This document shows, piece after piece, positions 8,648 through 19,355 of a stretch of 64,000 nucleotides of DNA. The position numbers and the translations under genes are program-made. The notes beneath the pieces are model-generated. The model did not search any database. It saw only the letters and a program-made list of their open reading frames with translations, and was not told where the DNA came from. Each line of letters starts with the position of its first letter. Position 1 is the first letter of the stretch. Source of the DNA: Micropepsaceae bacterium (GTDB lineage Bacteria; Pseudomonadota; Alphaproteobacteria; Micropepsales; Micropepsaceae); contig JBGOVA010000002.1 of NCBI GenBank assembly GCA_041477875.1, positions 71 to 64,070 of the forward strand, written 5' to 3'.

Positions 8648-9673
8648 TCACCACATGACGCCATATTCTGCAAAGGTTGCCGCGATGTTGGCGTCAAGCG
8701 CCTCAGCGGCGGCGGCGTCGATTTCTCCGCCGCGGGCGTCGCCCTTGCGTCCCTTCGCCAGACCGCGAACATAGAGGGACGAAGCGGACTTTGGGTTGAG
8801 CTTCAGCGCAGCCGTGTCGTCGGCTATGGCCTTGTCGAATTCGCCGAGACGGAAGTGGACGAAGGCACGGCTGTCCAACGTCTCGCTGCTGTTCGGCCGC
8901 ACGCGCAGCGACTCGCTGCAGTCGAGGAGGGCGGCGCTCAGATCCTTGCCTGCGATGGCCTTCGTCCAGCAACGTGCGTTCAGAGCTGCGGCGTCGTTGG
9001 GTTTCAGATCGAGGACCCGGTCCAGGTCCCGGATCGCGCTTTCGAATTGCATGACCCGCCGATGCGCAAAAGCGCGGTTGAGGAACGCATCGGGATCGTC
9101 CGGCGTTAGCCTGATGTAAGCGTCATAGTCGCGAATTGCTTCTCCGTACTTGCCCTCGGCACTGTAGGTCTGACCACGGTTGAAGAGCGCCGGCGCGAAG
9201 CCGGGCTTTAGGCGGATCGCTTCGCTGTAGTCCGTGAGGGCCTTGTCGTACTGCCTCTTGGCGAAGTACGCGCTTCCCCGATTGTTGAAAGCCTCGGCGT
9301 AGCTGGGCTTCAAACGAATGGCGGTATCCAAGTCTTCGATCGCTTTGTCGAAAAGGCCCTGCTCCATAAAGCTCGTCGCACGCGCGTTGAATTCTTCGGC
9401 GGTTGCATGCCGCGGTCGGACGGCCGGATCGGGCGCGACCCTTGGAAGGTCGCACCGATCTTTCCTCAGGTCGCTTGGACTGCAGGTTTCGACCAGGGCC
9501 GCTTGTCGCGGACTGCGGGAGTGGCGCGCCTCACCCACATAGAGGCCACCGAGCTCGTTCTTGAGGACAACAGACGGCCCGCGGTCGTCGGCGTGGGCAA
9601 ACTGTGCGGAGAAGAGCGCGAGCCCAAGAACGCAGATGTAACGACAATGCGAAAGATCAGAGCGCATGATAGG
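8648..9673 (-). CDS. Secreted tetratricopeptide (TPR) repeat protein
   Basis: There are repeated A..NRG.AY...YD.AI.DY..AI.L.P motifs. The signal peptide is MPIMRSDLSHCRYICVLGLALFSAQFAHA. The start is uncertain (9673, 9664 or 9736). Confidence 0.75.
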   Translation of the reverse strand, partial: PIMRSDLSHCRYICVLGLALFSAQFAHADDRGPSVVLKNELGGLYVGEARHSRSPRQAALVETCSPSDLRKDRCDLPRVAPDPAVRPRHATAEEFNARATSFMEQGLFDKAIEDLDTAIRLKPSYAEAFNNRGSAYFAKRQYDKALTDYSEAIRLKPGFAPALFNRGQTYSAEGKYGEAIRDYDAYIRLTPDDPDAFLNRAFAHRRVMQFESAIRDLDRVLDLKPNDAAALNARCWTKAIAGKDLSAALLDCSESLRVRPNSSETLDSRAFVHFRLGEFDKAIADDTAALKLNPKSASSLYVRGLAKGRKGDARGGEIDAAAAEALDANIAATFAEYGVMW

Positions 9674-9702
9674 CATCATGCGTCGATCGATCAGACGTCG
9701 AT

Positions 9703-9716
9703 TTGATCTAGCGCAA
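9703..9716. promoter_or_regulatory. FixK/FNR-type box TTGATCTAGCGCAA
   Basis: It lies in the gap between the TPR gene and the P-type ATPase gene. The predicted class II transcription start site (TSS) is near 9751. That implies the ATPase start codon is downstream of 9742, for example GTG at 9814. Confidence 0.5.
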
Positions 9717-9741
9717 CCTCGCGCGAACCCGCCCACCCATC

Positions 9742-12390
9742 ATGACCGCCGCTGACGAGGATGAATCAGGTCCTCGTCTGGTCATTCGCAGCTGCCCACA
9801 TCATATTGGCCGCGTGAACGGTTCATGGGAACATCAGTCGGTGCGCGGCCTCTCGTTTGCGGAGGCGGCGCGACGGCTCGCGCAGTTCGGGCCGAATGAA
9901 CTGCCCGGAAGCACGCGGCGCAGTCTGTTGCATGTTGCGATCGGCGTCCTGACCGAGCCGATGTTCCTGCTGCTCGCTGCTGCCGCCGGCATTTACCTGG
10001 TCATTGGAGACATCGGCGAAGGATTGTTCCTCGCGGCCTTCGCAGCGCTGACGATCGCTCTCGTCGTCGTGCAACAAAGGCGAAGCGAGCGCGCGCTCGA
10101 CGCGCTGCGGTCGATGGCGGCGCCGACGGGGCGTGTGTATCGGGAGGGGGCGATCCATGTCGTCGCCGCCCGTGAGGTGGTCCCCGGCGATGTGCTTCTG
10201 TTCGCGGAAGGCGAGCGCATCGCAGCCGACGGCGTGGTGCGGCGCGGGCAGGCGATGCATGTCGACGAATCGCTTCTCACCGGAGAGTCGGCGCCGGTGC
10301 GCAAATCGCCTTACATCCGCGACGGCGCGCCTCCGCCCGCCGACCCCGGAGGCGACGATCAGCCGTTCATCTACGCCGGCACGCTGACGACACGCGGGCA
10401 CGGCTTGGCGGAAGTCGTGACGACAGGCGCCGCGACACGCGCGGGCAAGATCGGAGCCTCGCTGGCGACGATCGAAACATCCGCGACGCCGCTGGAGCGG
10501 TCGGTCGGGCGGCTTGTCCGCGCGTTCGGTTTATTCGCGATCATCGTGAGCGGTGCGATCGCGCTCTATTACGGTCTGGCCAGGCACGACTGGCTGCAGG
10601 GGGCGCTGTCGGCCATCGCCTTGGCGATGGCGATGTTGCCGGAAGAGTTTCCCATGGTGCTGATGGTGTTCGTCGCGATCGGCGCTTGGCGGCTGGCGCA
10701 ATTGAAAGTCTTGGCGCGCCGCCCGGTCGTGGTGGAGACACTGGGTGCCGCGACCGTGCTCTGCGTCGACAAGACCGGCACGTTGACCGAGAACCGGATG
10801 CGCATACGCACGCTGGTTGCGGGCGGCGTAGCGGAAGGCGTTCCACCAGGCACACGAGAACTGCCCGAAAGCCATCATCGGCTGGTGGAGTACGCATTGC
10901 TGGCATCGCATACGTCGGTGTTCGATCCGATGGATCGCGCGGTTTCGGACCTCGCCCGGGCGACGTTGGGCGGCACCGAGCACCTGCATGGAAACTGGAC
11001 GCTCGCGCAGGAATACGAATTGTCGCCGGGATTCCTGGCTATGTCGCAAGCTTGGCGCGCGGAGGATGGCTCGCACGTCGTAGCGGCGAAGGGCGCACCG
11101 GAAGCCGTCGCCGATCTCTGTCATTTAGCCGATGGGGAGACAGCGCGCATTTTGGAGGCGGTGGAACGGTTGGCGAAGGCGGGCGAACGGGTCCTGGCCG
11201 TCGCGGCGGGTCGGTCGAGCGCGACCACATTACCGGATGAGCAACACGACTTCGATTTCGAGTTCTTGGGGCTGATCGGCTTCGTCGATCCCTTGCGCGC
11301 CACGGCGCGCGACGTCGTCGAAGAGGCCCGCCGCGCAGGCATCAGGGTCATCATGCTGACCGGCGACTACCCGGCGACCGCCGGCGCCATCGCCCGCGAT
11401 GCAGGCATCGACCTTGGTGGCGGCGTGCTCTCGGGTGCCGACATAGGCGCCATGGACGACGAGGCGTTGCGCAGGGCGGTGGGCACTACACAGGTGTTTG
11501 CGCGCATCCTGCCCGAACAAAAGCTGCGCTTGGTGCAAGCGCTGAAAGCCAACGGCGAATTCGTCGCGATGACCGGCGACGGCGTCAACGACGCGCCGGC
11601 GCTCAAGGCGGCCGACGTCGGCATCGCCATGGGCGCGCGCGGGACCGACGTCGCGCGAGAGGCGGCGTCGATCGTGCTTCTCGACGAAGACCTCGGGCGC
11701 ATCGTCAGCGCGGTGCGCATGGGGCGCCGGATCTTCGAGAACCTGCGCAAGGTCATGATCTATATCGCGGCGATGCATGTGCCGATTGCCGGCCTCGCCC
11801 TGTTGCCCATCGTCTTCGGACTGCCGCCGTTGTTGCTGCCTGTGCACGTAGCCTTGATCGAGATGGTCATCGATCCTGCATGCTCAGTGGTGTTCGAGCG
11901 AACGCCCGAGGAGCGCGACATCATGCGCCGCCGGCCGCGAAGCGCCTCACAGCCGATCATGGGCCGGGTGCAGCTGCTGTTGGCCCTTGTTCAAGGCGCG
12001 TCCCTATTGGCCGGCACGCTTGCGATCTATTGGGTTGCACTCGTCCAAGACCTACAGGTGGATCAGGCGCGTGCCTTGACGTTCCTCGCGCTGACGGCGG
12101 GCAATTTGGCCCTCGTGCGCGTGAACGCAACGCGCGGCAGCGCGTTTTGGGACCTGTTCCGGCCGGGTCACGCGGCATTCTGGATCATGGTGGCCCTGGC
12201 CGCGATCGGCATGACGCTGGCTCTTGTCGTGCCTGCGCTTCGCGCCCTGCTGCACTTCGATGTACCGCCGGCGCCGTATATCGCGGCTGCCATCGTATCG
12301 GGCGTCGCGTCGGCTGCTTTGTTTGATTTGCTGAAACCGCTGGCAAGCGTTCAGCGCGCCCTTGGGGTTCGCGAAAGCGAGCCCGCGTGA
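9742..12390 (+). CDS. Cation-transporting P-type ATPase (P2/Ca-Mg type)
   Basis: It has the phosphorylation motif CVDKTGTLTENRM, the hinge MTGDGVNDAPALK and the TGES loop LTGESAPV. The 5-prime start is uncertain (9742 or 9814). Confidence 0.9.
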   Translation: MTAADEDESGPRLVIRSCPHHIGRVNGSWEHQSVRGLSFAEAARRLAQFGPNELPGSTRRSLLHVAIGVLTEPMFLLLAAAAGIYLVIGDIGEGLFLAAFAALTIALVVVQQRRSERALDALRSMAAPTGRVYREGAIHVVAAREVVPGDVLLFAEGERIAADGVVRRGQAMHVDESLLTGESAPVRKSPYIRDGAPPPADPGGDDQPFIYAGTLTTRGHGLAEVVTTGAATRAGKIGASLATIETSATPLERSVGRLVRAFGLFAIIVSGAIALYYGLARHDWLQGALSAIALAMAMLPEEFPMVLMVFVAIGAWRLAQLKVLARRPVVVETLGAATVLCVDKTGTLTENRMRIRTLVAGGVAEGVPPGTRELPESHHRLVEYALLASHTSVFDPMDRAVSDLARATLGGTEHLHGNWTLAQEYELSPGFLAMSQAWRAEDGSHVVAAKGAPEAVADLCHLADGETARILEAVERLAKAGERVLAVAAGRSSATTLPDEQHDFDFEFLGLIGFVDPLRATARDVVEEARRAGIRVIMLTGDYPATAGAIARDAGIDLGGGVLSGADIGAMDDEALRRAVGTTQVFARILPEQKLRLVQALKANGEFVAMTGDGVNDAPALKAADVGIAMGARGTDVAREAASIVLLDEDLGRIVSAVRMGRRIFENLRKVMIYIAAMHVPIAGLALLPIVFGLPPLLLPVHVALIEMVIDPACSVVFERTPEERDIMRRRPRSASQPIMGRVQLLLALVQGASLLAGTLAIYWVALVQDLQVDQARALTFLALTAGNLALVRVNATRGSAFWDLFRPGHAAFWIMVALAAIGMTLALVVPALRALLHFDVPPAPYIAAAIVSGVASAALFDLLKPLASVQRALGVRESEPA

Positions 12391-12391
12391 C

Positions 12392-13252
12392 TCAGACCGC
12401 GTTCAAAGGCACTTTCAAATAGGCGATGCCGTTCGACTCGGGTGTGGGGAGTTTGCCCGCCCGAATGTTGACCTGGATCGACGGCAGGATCAGCACCGGC
12501 ATGGCGAGCGTTTTGTCGCGCGCCGTGCGCAGCGCCACGAACTCGTCTTCGCCGACGCCGTCCTTGACGTGGACGTTCGCCGCACGCTCCGTGGCGACGG
12601 TCGTCTGCCAGGCATAATTGTCACGTTCGGGCGCTTTGTAGTCGTGGCACATGAAGAGGCGCGTCTCAGGCGGCAACGACAGGATACGCCGGATCGAGCG
12701 GTAGAGCGCGCGGGCGTCGCCGCCGGGGAAGTCCGCGCGCGCCGTGCCGTAGTCGGGCATGAACAGCGTGTCACCCACGAATACCGCATCGGCGATCTTG
12801 TAGCTGACACAGGCCGGCGTGTGGCCGGGCGTGTGGATGACATCGATGTCGAGGGAGCCTAGCTTGATGCGCTCTCCGTCCTTGACCAGACGGTCGAAAT
12901 CGGCGCCGTCGGTCGCAAGCGTTTCGAGATTGAAGACCGGGCGGAACGTCTTCTGCACCTTGGTAATGTTCTCCCCGATCACGATCTTGGCTTGCGTCTT
13001 CTCGCGCAAATAGGCGCCCGCCGACAGGTGATCGGCGTGGGCATGGGTTTCGAGAATCCAGTCCAACTTCAAATCGCCGCGTTTGGCGGCGGCCAGCATG
13101 GCGTCCGCCGACTTGGTCGAGGTGCGGCCGGACTTGGGGTCGTAGTCGAGCACGGGGTCGATGATCGCGGCTGTGCGCGTGACGGCATCGGCGACGAGAT
13201 AGCTCACCGTAAACGTCGCTTCGTCGAAAAAGGCCTGGATCTGCGGACGCAT
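12392..13252 (-). CDS. blh: MBL-fold persulfide dioxygenase-like hydrolase (Blh-type)
   Basis: It has the HAHADH metal motif, IHTPGHTPACV and a C-terminal extension typical of Blh/ETHE1-like enzymes. There is a GGAGG SD. It is divergent from an ArsR/BigR gene. Confidence 0.8.
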   Translation of the reverse strand: MRPQIQAFFDEATFTVSYLVADAVTRTAAIIDPVLDYDPKSGRTSTKSADAMLAAAKRGDLKLDWILETHAHADHLSAGAYLREKTQAKIVIGENITKVQKTFRPVFNLETLATDGADFDRLVKDGERIKLGSLDIDVIHTPGHTPACVSYKIADAVFVGDTLFMPDYGTARADFPGGDARALYRSIRRILSLPPETRLFMCHDYKAPERDNYAWQTTVATERAANVHVKDGVGEDEFVALRTARDKTLAMPVLILPSIQVNIRAGKLPTPESNGIAYLKVPLNAV

Positions 13253-13273
13253 GGGCAAATTCCTCCGTTGGCA

Positions 13274-13306
13274 TTGACACATATATTAGCATGTACTAAA
13301 TTAGCA
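13274..13306 (+). promoter_or_regulatory. Sigma70-like promoter TTGACA-17-TAAATT with overlapping AT-rich ATTAGCA-N8-ATTAGCA repeat (candidate BigR operator)
   Basis: TTGACA is at 13274-13279. TAAATT is at 13297-13302. ATTAGCA occurs at 13285 and again at 13300. This is the only AT-rich tract in the blh/bigR divergent gap. Confidence 0.45.
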
Positions 13307-13323
13307 AGTGCGAAAGTATAAGG

Positions 13324-13662
13324 GTGAGCACGACCGTGTTGAACGCGAGCGAGTTGAAGGCGATGCAGGACAACGCCGGCGAGGCGGCGGAGATGCTGCG
13401 CCTGCTGTCGAACGAGGCGCGGCTCATGGTGCTGTGCCAGCTGGGCTCGGGCGAGAAATCGGTCGGCGAACTCAACGACCTGGTGGGGTTGAGCCAGTCG
13501 GCCTTGTCGCAGCATCTGGCAAAGCTGCGCGCGGAAGGGCTGGTCGCTACGCGACGCGAGGCGCAGACGATCTACTACCGGATGGCTGATCGGCGGGTGT
13601 CGCGGCTCGTCACCGCGCTCTACGACATTTTCTGCAAAACTGGGAAAGGACCAAAGAAATGA
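13324..13662 (+). CDS. bigR: ArsR/SmtB-family repressor, BigR/SqrR-like persulfide sensor
   Basis: The helix-turn-helix (HTH) is GLSQSALSQHLAKLRAEGLV. Cys residues occur in MVLCQL and the C-terminal DIFC, which are the positions expected for BigR/SqrR. The start is GTG at 13324 or ATG at 13363. Confidence 0.8.
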   Translation: MSTTVLNASELKAMQDNAGEAAEMLRLLSNEARLMVLCQLGSGEKSVGELNDLVGLSQSALSQHLAKLRAEGLVATRREAQTIYYRMADRRVSRLVTALYDIFCKTGKGPKK

Positions 13663-14210
13663 CCAATGCTTGCGGCTTTGCGACGGTTTCGCCGAAAGAG
13701 GCGAAGCGCCGGCTTGATGAGGGGAGCGCGATCCTGGTGGATATACGGGATCCCAGTGAATTTGCGCGCGAACACATTCTGGGCGCGCGGCTGGTGCCGT
13801 TGTCGGGACTCGATACGCACGACTTCGATCGCGAGCGAGCAAGCGGGAAGGGCGTGATCTTCCACTGCCAAAGCGGGCGGCGCACCGTGGCGAATGCCGC
13901 ACAGCTGATCGCGACCGGTTTCAAGGATGTCTATGTTCTCGAAGGCGGGCTGAACGCGTGGCGCGGGGCCGGCTTGCCGTCGCATCTCGACCGCTCGAAG
14001 CCGATCGAGTTGCAGCGTCAGGTGCAGATCGCTGCGGGGAGCCTCGTGGTGCTCGGCGTCGTACTGGCTGCGCTGGTGTCGCCGTGGTTCGTGCTGATGA
14101 GTGCGTTTGTCGGCGGCGGGCTTGTCTTTGCCGGCGTGACCGGCACGTGCGGCATGGCGCGGTTGCTGATGCTCATGCCGTGGAACAGGCCTGAAGCAGC
14201 GGCGGCGTGA
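13659..14210 (+). CDS. Rhodanese domain fused to a DUF2892 membrane domain (YgaP-like)
   Basis: The active-site loop is FHCQSGRRT. Two C-terminal TM helices contain the GVTGTCGMA motif. It overlaps bigR by 4 nt. Confidence 0.85.
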   Translation: MTNACGFATVSPKEAKRRLDEGSAILVDIRDPSEFAREHILGARLVPLSGLDTHDFDRERASGKGVIFHCQSGRRTVANAAQLIATGFKDVYVLEGGLNAWRGAGLPSHLDRSKPIELQRQVQIAAGSLVVLGVVLAALVSPWFVLMSAFVGGGLVFAGVTGTCGMARLLMLMPWNRPEAAAA

Positions 14211-14998
14211 TGGCGTTCGATCCCGGCCTCGGCGACATGCTCGCCGTCCTGTCGGGCGGCGTGGTCGGATTGACGCTCGCGGTCGTGGGCGGCGGCGGCT
14301 CGATCTTGGCCGTGCCGCTGTTGCTTTATGTCGTCGGTGTGCAGAACCCGCATGTGGCGATCGGCACCAGCGCATTGGCGGTCTCGGTCAACGCCTTCGC
14401 CAATCTGATCGCGCATTCGCGCGCGGGAAACGTCAAGTGGCCGTGCGCCGTGGTGTTCGGTCTGTCGGGCGTGGCCGGTGCGTTCGCGGGGTCGACCCTG
14501 GGCAAGCTCGTCGACGGGCAGCAGCTGTTGTTTTTGTTCGGCCTCGTGATGGTGGCCGTCGCGCTTGCGATGTTGCGGCCGCGACAGGCGGAAGGCGATC
14601 CGGGCGTGCGGATCAATCCGGCAATCGCCGTCAGGCTTGTGGGCATCGGCTTCGCGACGGGGCTGCTCGCCGGGTTCTTCGGGATCGGCGGCGGGTTCCT
14701 GATCGTGCCCGGCATCATGCTGGGCAGCGGAATGGCGATGCTGAACGCCGTCGGGTCGTCCTTGTTTTCGGTCGGGGCGTTCGGGCTCACGACCGCGGTG
14801 TCCTACGCCTATGACGGACTCGTCGATTGGCGCATCGCCGTCGAATTCATTGCGGGCGGAATCGTCGGGGGCATCGGCGGCCTGGCGCTCGCGCAACGGC
14901 TTTCGCTGCGCAAAGGGCTGTTGAACCGCATCTTCGCGGGCCTCGTTCTCGGCGTTGCGGCCTACGTCCTGTGGCGCAGTTCCGTCGCCTGGCTGTGA
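14207..14998 (+). CDS. TauE/SafE (TSUP) family sulfite/anion exporter
   Basis: The protein is 263 aa with 7-8 TM helices. It has duplicated GGGGS..VPLL and GIGGGFLIVP motifs. It overlaps the rhodanese gene by 4 nt. Confidence 0.85.
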   Translation: MMAFDPGLGDMLAVLSGGVVGLTLAVVGGGGSILAVPLLLYVVGVQNPHVAIGTSALAVSVNAFANLIAHSRAGNVKWPCAVVFGLSGVAGAFAGSTLGKLVDGQQLLFLFGLVMVAVALAMLRPRQAEGDPGVRINPAIAVRLVGIGFATGLLAGFFGIGGGFLIVPGIMLGSGMAMLNAVGSSLFSVGAFGLTTAVSYAYDGLVDWRIAVEFIAGGIVGGIGGLALAQRLSLRKGLLNRIFAGLVLGVAAYVLWRSSVAWL

Positions 14999-15004
14999 GC
15001 CGGG

Positions 15005-16210
15005 TCAGCGCGCGACCACGGCGACGGCGTCGGTTACGCGTTCGCCGGGGTGTGAGATCACTTGGTCGCCGGGCTTGAGGCCGCTCAGGAGCTCGGCCGT
15101 CTCATCGTTCATGTGGCCGATCTTGATCGCCGTCATGCGGGCACGGCCGTCATCGACTCGAAACACGGCCCAGTCGCTGCCCTGTCGGAACAGTGCGCCG
15201 ACGGGCACTTGGAGCGCGCGCCGCGTCTGCCAGCGGATGATCGCGGCGTCGATTTGATAACCGTGACCCAGACGCTGCCAGCGCGAGCGCGGGTCGGTCA
15301 GATCGATGATCACGTTGACGCGTTGCTCTTCGATGCCGAGCGAGGAAATCTTGGTGACGCCGAACGGCTCCACGCGGCGGACTCTTGCGTTCAAGGCGCC
15401 GTCGCCACCCCAGCGCGTGATGAGCACGGCGTCGCCGGGCGCGACCTTCACAGCCTCGGTCGACAGCAGATCGACGACGATTTCGAGGTTGGCAGGGTCG
15501 CCGACCTCGGCCAAAGGCTGGCCGGCTTGGACGACCGCCTCGTTCTCGTGCAGCACGCGCAGGATCTGTCCGCTGATCGGCGCGCGCACGGCGAAACAGC
15601 AGCGTCGATCGCTTTTGTTCCTCGGGTCGTCGGAAGGAACGATCAGCGCGGCTTGGGCCGTTTTCACTTCGAAATCGCGCTGACGCAGCGCGGCCTGCGC
15701 GGTGGTGAGCGCCGCATCAAGCGCATCGACGGAGGCTTCCGCCGTATCGACGCGCGCCTTCGCGACGATACCCTTGGCGAAAAGCTGCCGGGCGCGATCG
15801 CGCTCCTGGCGCGCGAGTCTCAAGTCGGCTTCGCGACCGCGGACGTTCGCCGCCGCGAGATCGCGCGCCGAGCGCGCCGCCGAGACGGTGAATTCCAGTT
15901 GGCGTTGTGCCCGCACGTCCAAGAACGCGGGATCGAGCGGCTCGATGGTCGCGACGACCGTTTTCTGCGCTTCGATCATGTCGCCCGCATGGGATTCGAC
16001 ACGAAGCATCTTTCCGGCGATGGGTGCCGAGAGGATGTAGACCTCCTTCACCCGCGTGACGCCGTCGCCCTCGATCGTCACCGCCATCGGCCCTTCGCGC
16101 AAAGTCGCGATGTCGACGGACACCGGCCGCGGCCAAAGCGCGAAGGCAAGCCCCGCCACCAGAAGAACGCCGAGGACGATGGGCCAGAACCACGGTCTGA
16201 GTTCGGTCAT
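15005..16210 (-). CDS. HlyD-family periplasmic adaptor subunit
   Basis: It has an N-terminal TM helix, a long coiled-coil (AQRQLEF...ALRQRDFEVKTAQAAL) and a beta-barrel C-terminus. It is the last gene of a three-gene exporter operon. Confidence 0.85.
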   Translation of the reverse strand: MTELRPWFWPIVLGVLLVAGLAFALWPRPVSVDIATLREGPMAVTIEGDGVTRVKEVYILSAPIAGKMLRVESHAGDMIEAQKTVVATIEPLDPAFLDVRAQRQLEFTVSAARSARDLAAANVRGREADLRLARQERDRARQLFAKGIVAKARVDTAEASVDALDAALTTAQAALRQRDFEVKTAQAALIVPSDDPRNKSDRRCCFAVRAPISGQILRVLHENEAVVQAGQPLAEVGDPANLEIVVDLLSTEAVKVAPGDAVLITRWGGDGALNARVRRVEPFGVTKISSLGIEEQRVNVIIDLTDPRSRWQRLGHGYQIDAAIIRWQTRRALQVPVGALFRQGSDWAVFRVDDGRARMTAIKIGHMNDETAELLSGLKPGDQVISHPGERVTDAVAVVAR

Positions 16211-16211
16211 T

Positions 16212-18584
16212 TCAATCCCTTGCCTTCAACACGCGGACCAAGTCGAGAGTCTGAATGCGCCATGCGACGATCGCGCTGCTGACGGCCGCGGAGACGAGCA
16301 CGACGATCGACGACCAGCCATAGGTCGCGGGCGCCAATCCAAACGGGATTTGGTAGAGATCGGTGGTGAAGAGTTCGATCATCAATACCGCCATTCCGTA
16401 ACCGATCACACAGCCGACGACCAGCGCCGCCAAAGTCAGCAGAGCCAGTTCGCCCACGAGAATCAGCGCCACCTCGCGTTTGTGGTAGCCGAGAACGCGC
16501 AGAGTCGCGAGTTCGTGCGCGCGCTCGGACAGCGTGATACGGCTCGCGTTGTAGGCGACACCGAATGCAATGATCGCGGCGAAGCCGACATAGAACCAAA
16601 CCATCGTCATCATGTTCTGGTCGAGCAGTTCGCGGAACATCTGATAGGCGCGATGCTGAAGAGCGACCGTGAACACGCCCGGCGTATCCTTCACCCGCGC
16701 GAACAGCGCCCCCTCCTGAGAGCGGTCGATCTTCAGCCAAGCGCTGTCGGCGACTTCGCCGTCGCCGGTGATGCGGTTCAGCGCCGAGCGCTCCATATAG
16801 GCCGCGAGGCCGACATACTCGTCGATCAGCCGCGTCACGCGCACCTGTTTCCGGGCGCGGCGGCCTTCGAGAACATCGACCTGCACGAGATCGCCGGGCT
16901 TGGCGTCGAGGTGTTCGGCCAGGCGTTTGGAGAGCAGCAGACCCGACGGCGGCACGGCGATTGTTCGTCCTTCGGCGTCGACTTGCTGCGACAGTTCGGA
17001 GCCTGCATCCACGCCCAAGATGAAGGCGCGCCGGTTGCGCGGCCCGTGCGTGAGCTTGACGCCGACCCCGCGGTGGAGCTCGGTCTTCATGACACCCGGC
17101 AGCCGCGCGACTTCGGCTCGCACCGGATCCGCGCGCAACTCGACGAAGCGCAAGGTCACGTCCTGGCGCTGGACGCGGAAGAAGAACGAGTCGATCATCA
17201 AGGTGATGGAATCGAAGAACTGCAGCGTTGAGATCAGGAGACCGAGCGACAGCGCGATGCCGATGACCGTCATTCCCGAGCGTGCCGGGAAACGGGTGAT
17301 GTGACGGACGATCATATAGCCCGTCGTGTTGAGTTTGCCGAGCAGACCTATGCGCTCGAATATGCTTTCGCGATAGGTCGCGGGCTGCGGCGGGGCCATG
17401 GCGACGGCAGGCGTCAGCCGCACCGCATGGCGTGTCGCGATGAGCGCGCCGCCGCAGGATGCAGCCACGGCAACGCCCGCCGACATCAGGAAAATGTCCG
17501 GCGCGATGGCGAAGCTCAAAACCGGAAAGCGAAAATAGTCGCGGTAGAGCTCGGTGATCTGATAGCCGAACCAGGCGCCCGCCGACCACCCGAGGGCGAG
17601 GCCGACCACGCTGACGACGAGCGCGAATTTGACGAAGTGCCAGCCGACGGCGGCGTTCGAATAGCCGAACGCCTTCAGAAGTCCCACCTCCTCGCGTTGG
17701 GTTTCGATCTGGCGGGAAATGACGGTGTAGAGAAGGAACGCCGAGACCACGAGGAAGATCGGCGGAATGACGCCAGCCATCGCCGTCAGCTGGCCGAACT
17801 CGCTTTCGAGAAAAGAATGCGACGCCTGCTGATCGCGCCCGTAGGCTCCCGTCGCGCCATAGGGTCCGAGGATGTTGTCGACGGCAGCGATCACGTCGTC
17901 GACGGAGGCGCCGCGCAAAAGGCGCAGAGTCGCGCTGTTGAACGCGCCTTCGTAGTTCTGGATCGCAGCGAGCGCCTTGCGGCCCATCCAAAAGATGCCG
18001 TAGCGCTTGTTGTCGGGCACGATGTCGCCCGGGCCGATGACGTAGATGTGCTCGGGCGACAGGGCGATGCCGGTGACCACGAGCCGCTGCTTGCGCCCGT
18101 TCATGACGGCCGCGAACGACGATCCGGGCAGGAAACCGTTGGCGGTGGCGAAGGCTTCGTGAACCACGACCTCGCTGGCGCGATCGGGATCGGGGAAGCG
18201 CCCGTGCTGCAGGACCAACGCGTTCAAGGCCGTCTCGTTGTGGCGAGGTAGCGAGAGCGCGAGGCCGCGCAAGGGTTCTTTTACGCCTTCGATATCGATG
18301 GTCACGAAGCGGGCGATGCGCGTGTCGACTTGCGCCACGCCCGGAATGGCGCGCAGCCGCGCGGCAACCGACTCGGGCGCGCGCTTCATATCGACGAAAA
18401 CATGCGCGAAGCGATAGCGGTCGTAATAGGCCTCGCGCGCGTCGGACAGCGAGCGCAGAGCGGCCAGCGCCATGACGAGCGTCGCGACCGCCGAAGCAAT
18501 GACGACTGCGATCGCCAGCACCTGCCCTCGCCGGCGCCACATGTCGCGCAGCAGTTTCAGGTCGAGCGCGCTCAAAGCGGTCAC
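16212..18584 (-). CDS. ABC transporter permease with duplicated FtsX domains (790 aa)
   Basis: There are two MacB/FtsX-like halves, each with a periplasmic domain and a four-TM FtsX module (LKAFGYSN..., [11 protein letters not shown]...). Confidence 0.85.
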   Translation of the reverse strand: MTALSALDLKLLRDMWRRRGQVLAIAVVIASAVATLVMALAALRSLSDAREAYYDRYRFAHVFVDMKRAPESVAARLRAIPGVAQVDTRIARFVTIDIEGVKEPLRGLALSLPRHNETALNALVLQHGRFPDPDRASEVVVHEAFATANGFLPGSSFAAVMNGRKQRLVVTGIALSPEHIYVIGPGDIVPDNKRYGIFWMGRKALAAIQNYEGAFNSATLRLLRGASVDDVIAAVDNILGPYGATGAYGRDQQASHSFLESEFGQLTAMAGVIPPIFLVVSAFLLYTVISRQIETQREEVGLLKAFGYSNAAVGWHFVKFALVVSVVGLALGWSAGAWFGYQITELYRDYFRFPVLSFAIAPDIFLMSAGVAVAASCGGALIATRHAVRLTPAVAMAPPQPATYRESIFERIGLLGKLNTTGYMIVRHITRFPARSGMTVIGIALSLGLLISTLQFFDSITLMIDSFFFRVQRQDVTLRFVELRADPVRAEVARLPGVMKTELHRGVGVKLTHGPRNRRAFILGVDAGSELSQQVDAEGRTIAVPPSGLLLSKRLAEHLDAKPGDLVQVDVLEGRRARKQVRVTRLIDEYVGLAAYMERSALNRITGDGEVADSAWLKIDRSQEGALFARVKDTPGVFTVALQHRAYQMFRELLDQNMMTMVWFYVGFAAIIAFGVAYNASRITLSERAHELATLRVLGYHKREVALILVGELALLTLAALVVGCVIGYGMAVLMIELFTTDLYQIPFGLAPATYGWSSIVVLVSAAVSSAIVAWRIQTLDLVRVLKARD

Positions 18585-19321
18585 CAGCTGAGCTCCGAGG
18601 CCTTGCGCTTCGTCGTGTTCGTCTCGATCGAGACCACGCGGCCGTTGCCGAAATGGATGACGTGATCGGCCATCGCCGCAATCGTTACGTTGTGCGTGAT
18701 CACCACCGTCGTCGTGCCCAGCGTCTGGTTTATGTCGGCCAAAGCTTCGAGCACGCGTACGCCGGTCGGGCTGTCGAGGGCGCCGGTCGGTTCGTCGCAG
18801 AGCAGCACCTCCGGCCGCTTGGCGACCGCGCGGGCGACCGCCACGCGTTGCTGCTCGCCGCCCGAGAGCTGGGCCGGAAAGTGATCCATGCGATCGGCCA
18901 GGCCGACGATGCGCAGCGCGTCATCCGGCTTCATCGGCTTGTCGACGAGCTCGGTGACGAGCGCCACGTTTTCGCGCGCGGTCAGACTGGGAATAAGGTT
19001 GTAGAATTGAAAAATGAACCCGACGTGGTGCCGGCGATACGTCGTGAGCTCGCGGTCGTTGCACGACGTCAGCTCGCGGTCGCGGAAGTGCAGCGTGCCC
19101 GCCGTCGGTCGATCGAGCCCACCCATGATGTTCAGCAACGTCGACTTGCCGCTTCCCGACGGACCCAGAAGGACGACGAGTTCGCCCTCGTGCAGCTCAA
19201 GATCGACCCCGCGCAGCGCATGAACTTGCGCCGCGCCCATGCCGTAGACCTTGGTCAGTCCTTGCGCGCGGAAGGCTATGCGCTTGCTTTTCGTCTGCGC
19301 CGTGTCCGGGAGATTTCCCAT
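18581..19321 (-). CDS. ABC transporter ATP-binding protein (MacB/LolD-type)
   Basis: It has Walker [12 protein letters not shown], signature [14 protein letters not shown] and Walker [12 protein letters not shown]. Confidence 0.9.
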   Translation of the reverse strand: MGNLPDTAQTKSKRIAFRAQGLTKVYGMGAAQVHALRGVDLELHEGELVVLLGPSGSGKSTLLNIMGGLDRPTAGTLHFRDRELTSCNDRELTTYRRHHVGFIFQFYNLIPSLTARENVALVTELVDKPMKPDDALRIVGLADRMDHFPAQLSGGEQQRVAVARAVAKRPEVLLCDEPTGALDSPTGVRVLEALADINQTLGTTTVVITHNVTIAAMADHVIHFGNGRVVSIETNTTKRKASELSW

Positions 19322-19355
19322 TGCCCACCGTGGGTAAGAAGCGGCGCGGTGCGGC

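Noticed and set aside
16207-18681. An 824-aa minus-strand ORF overlapping the 790-aa permease ORF in another frame.
   Set aside because: Its translation is Arg/Pro/Ala junk. The 16212..18584 frame has clear FtsX/MacB features.
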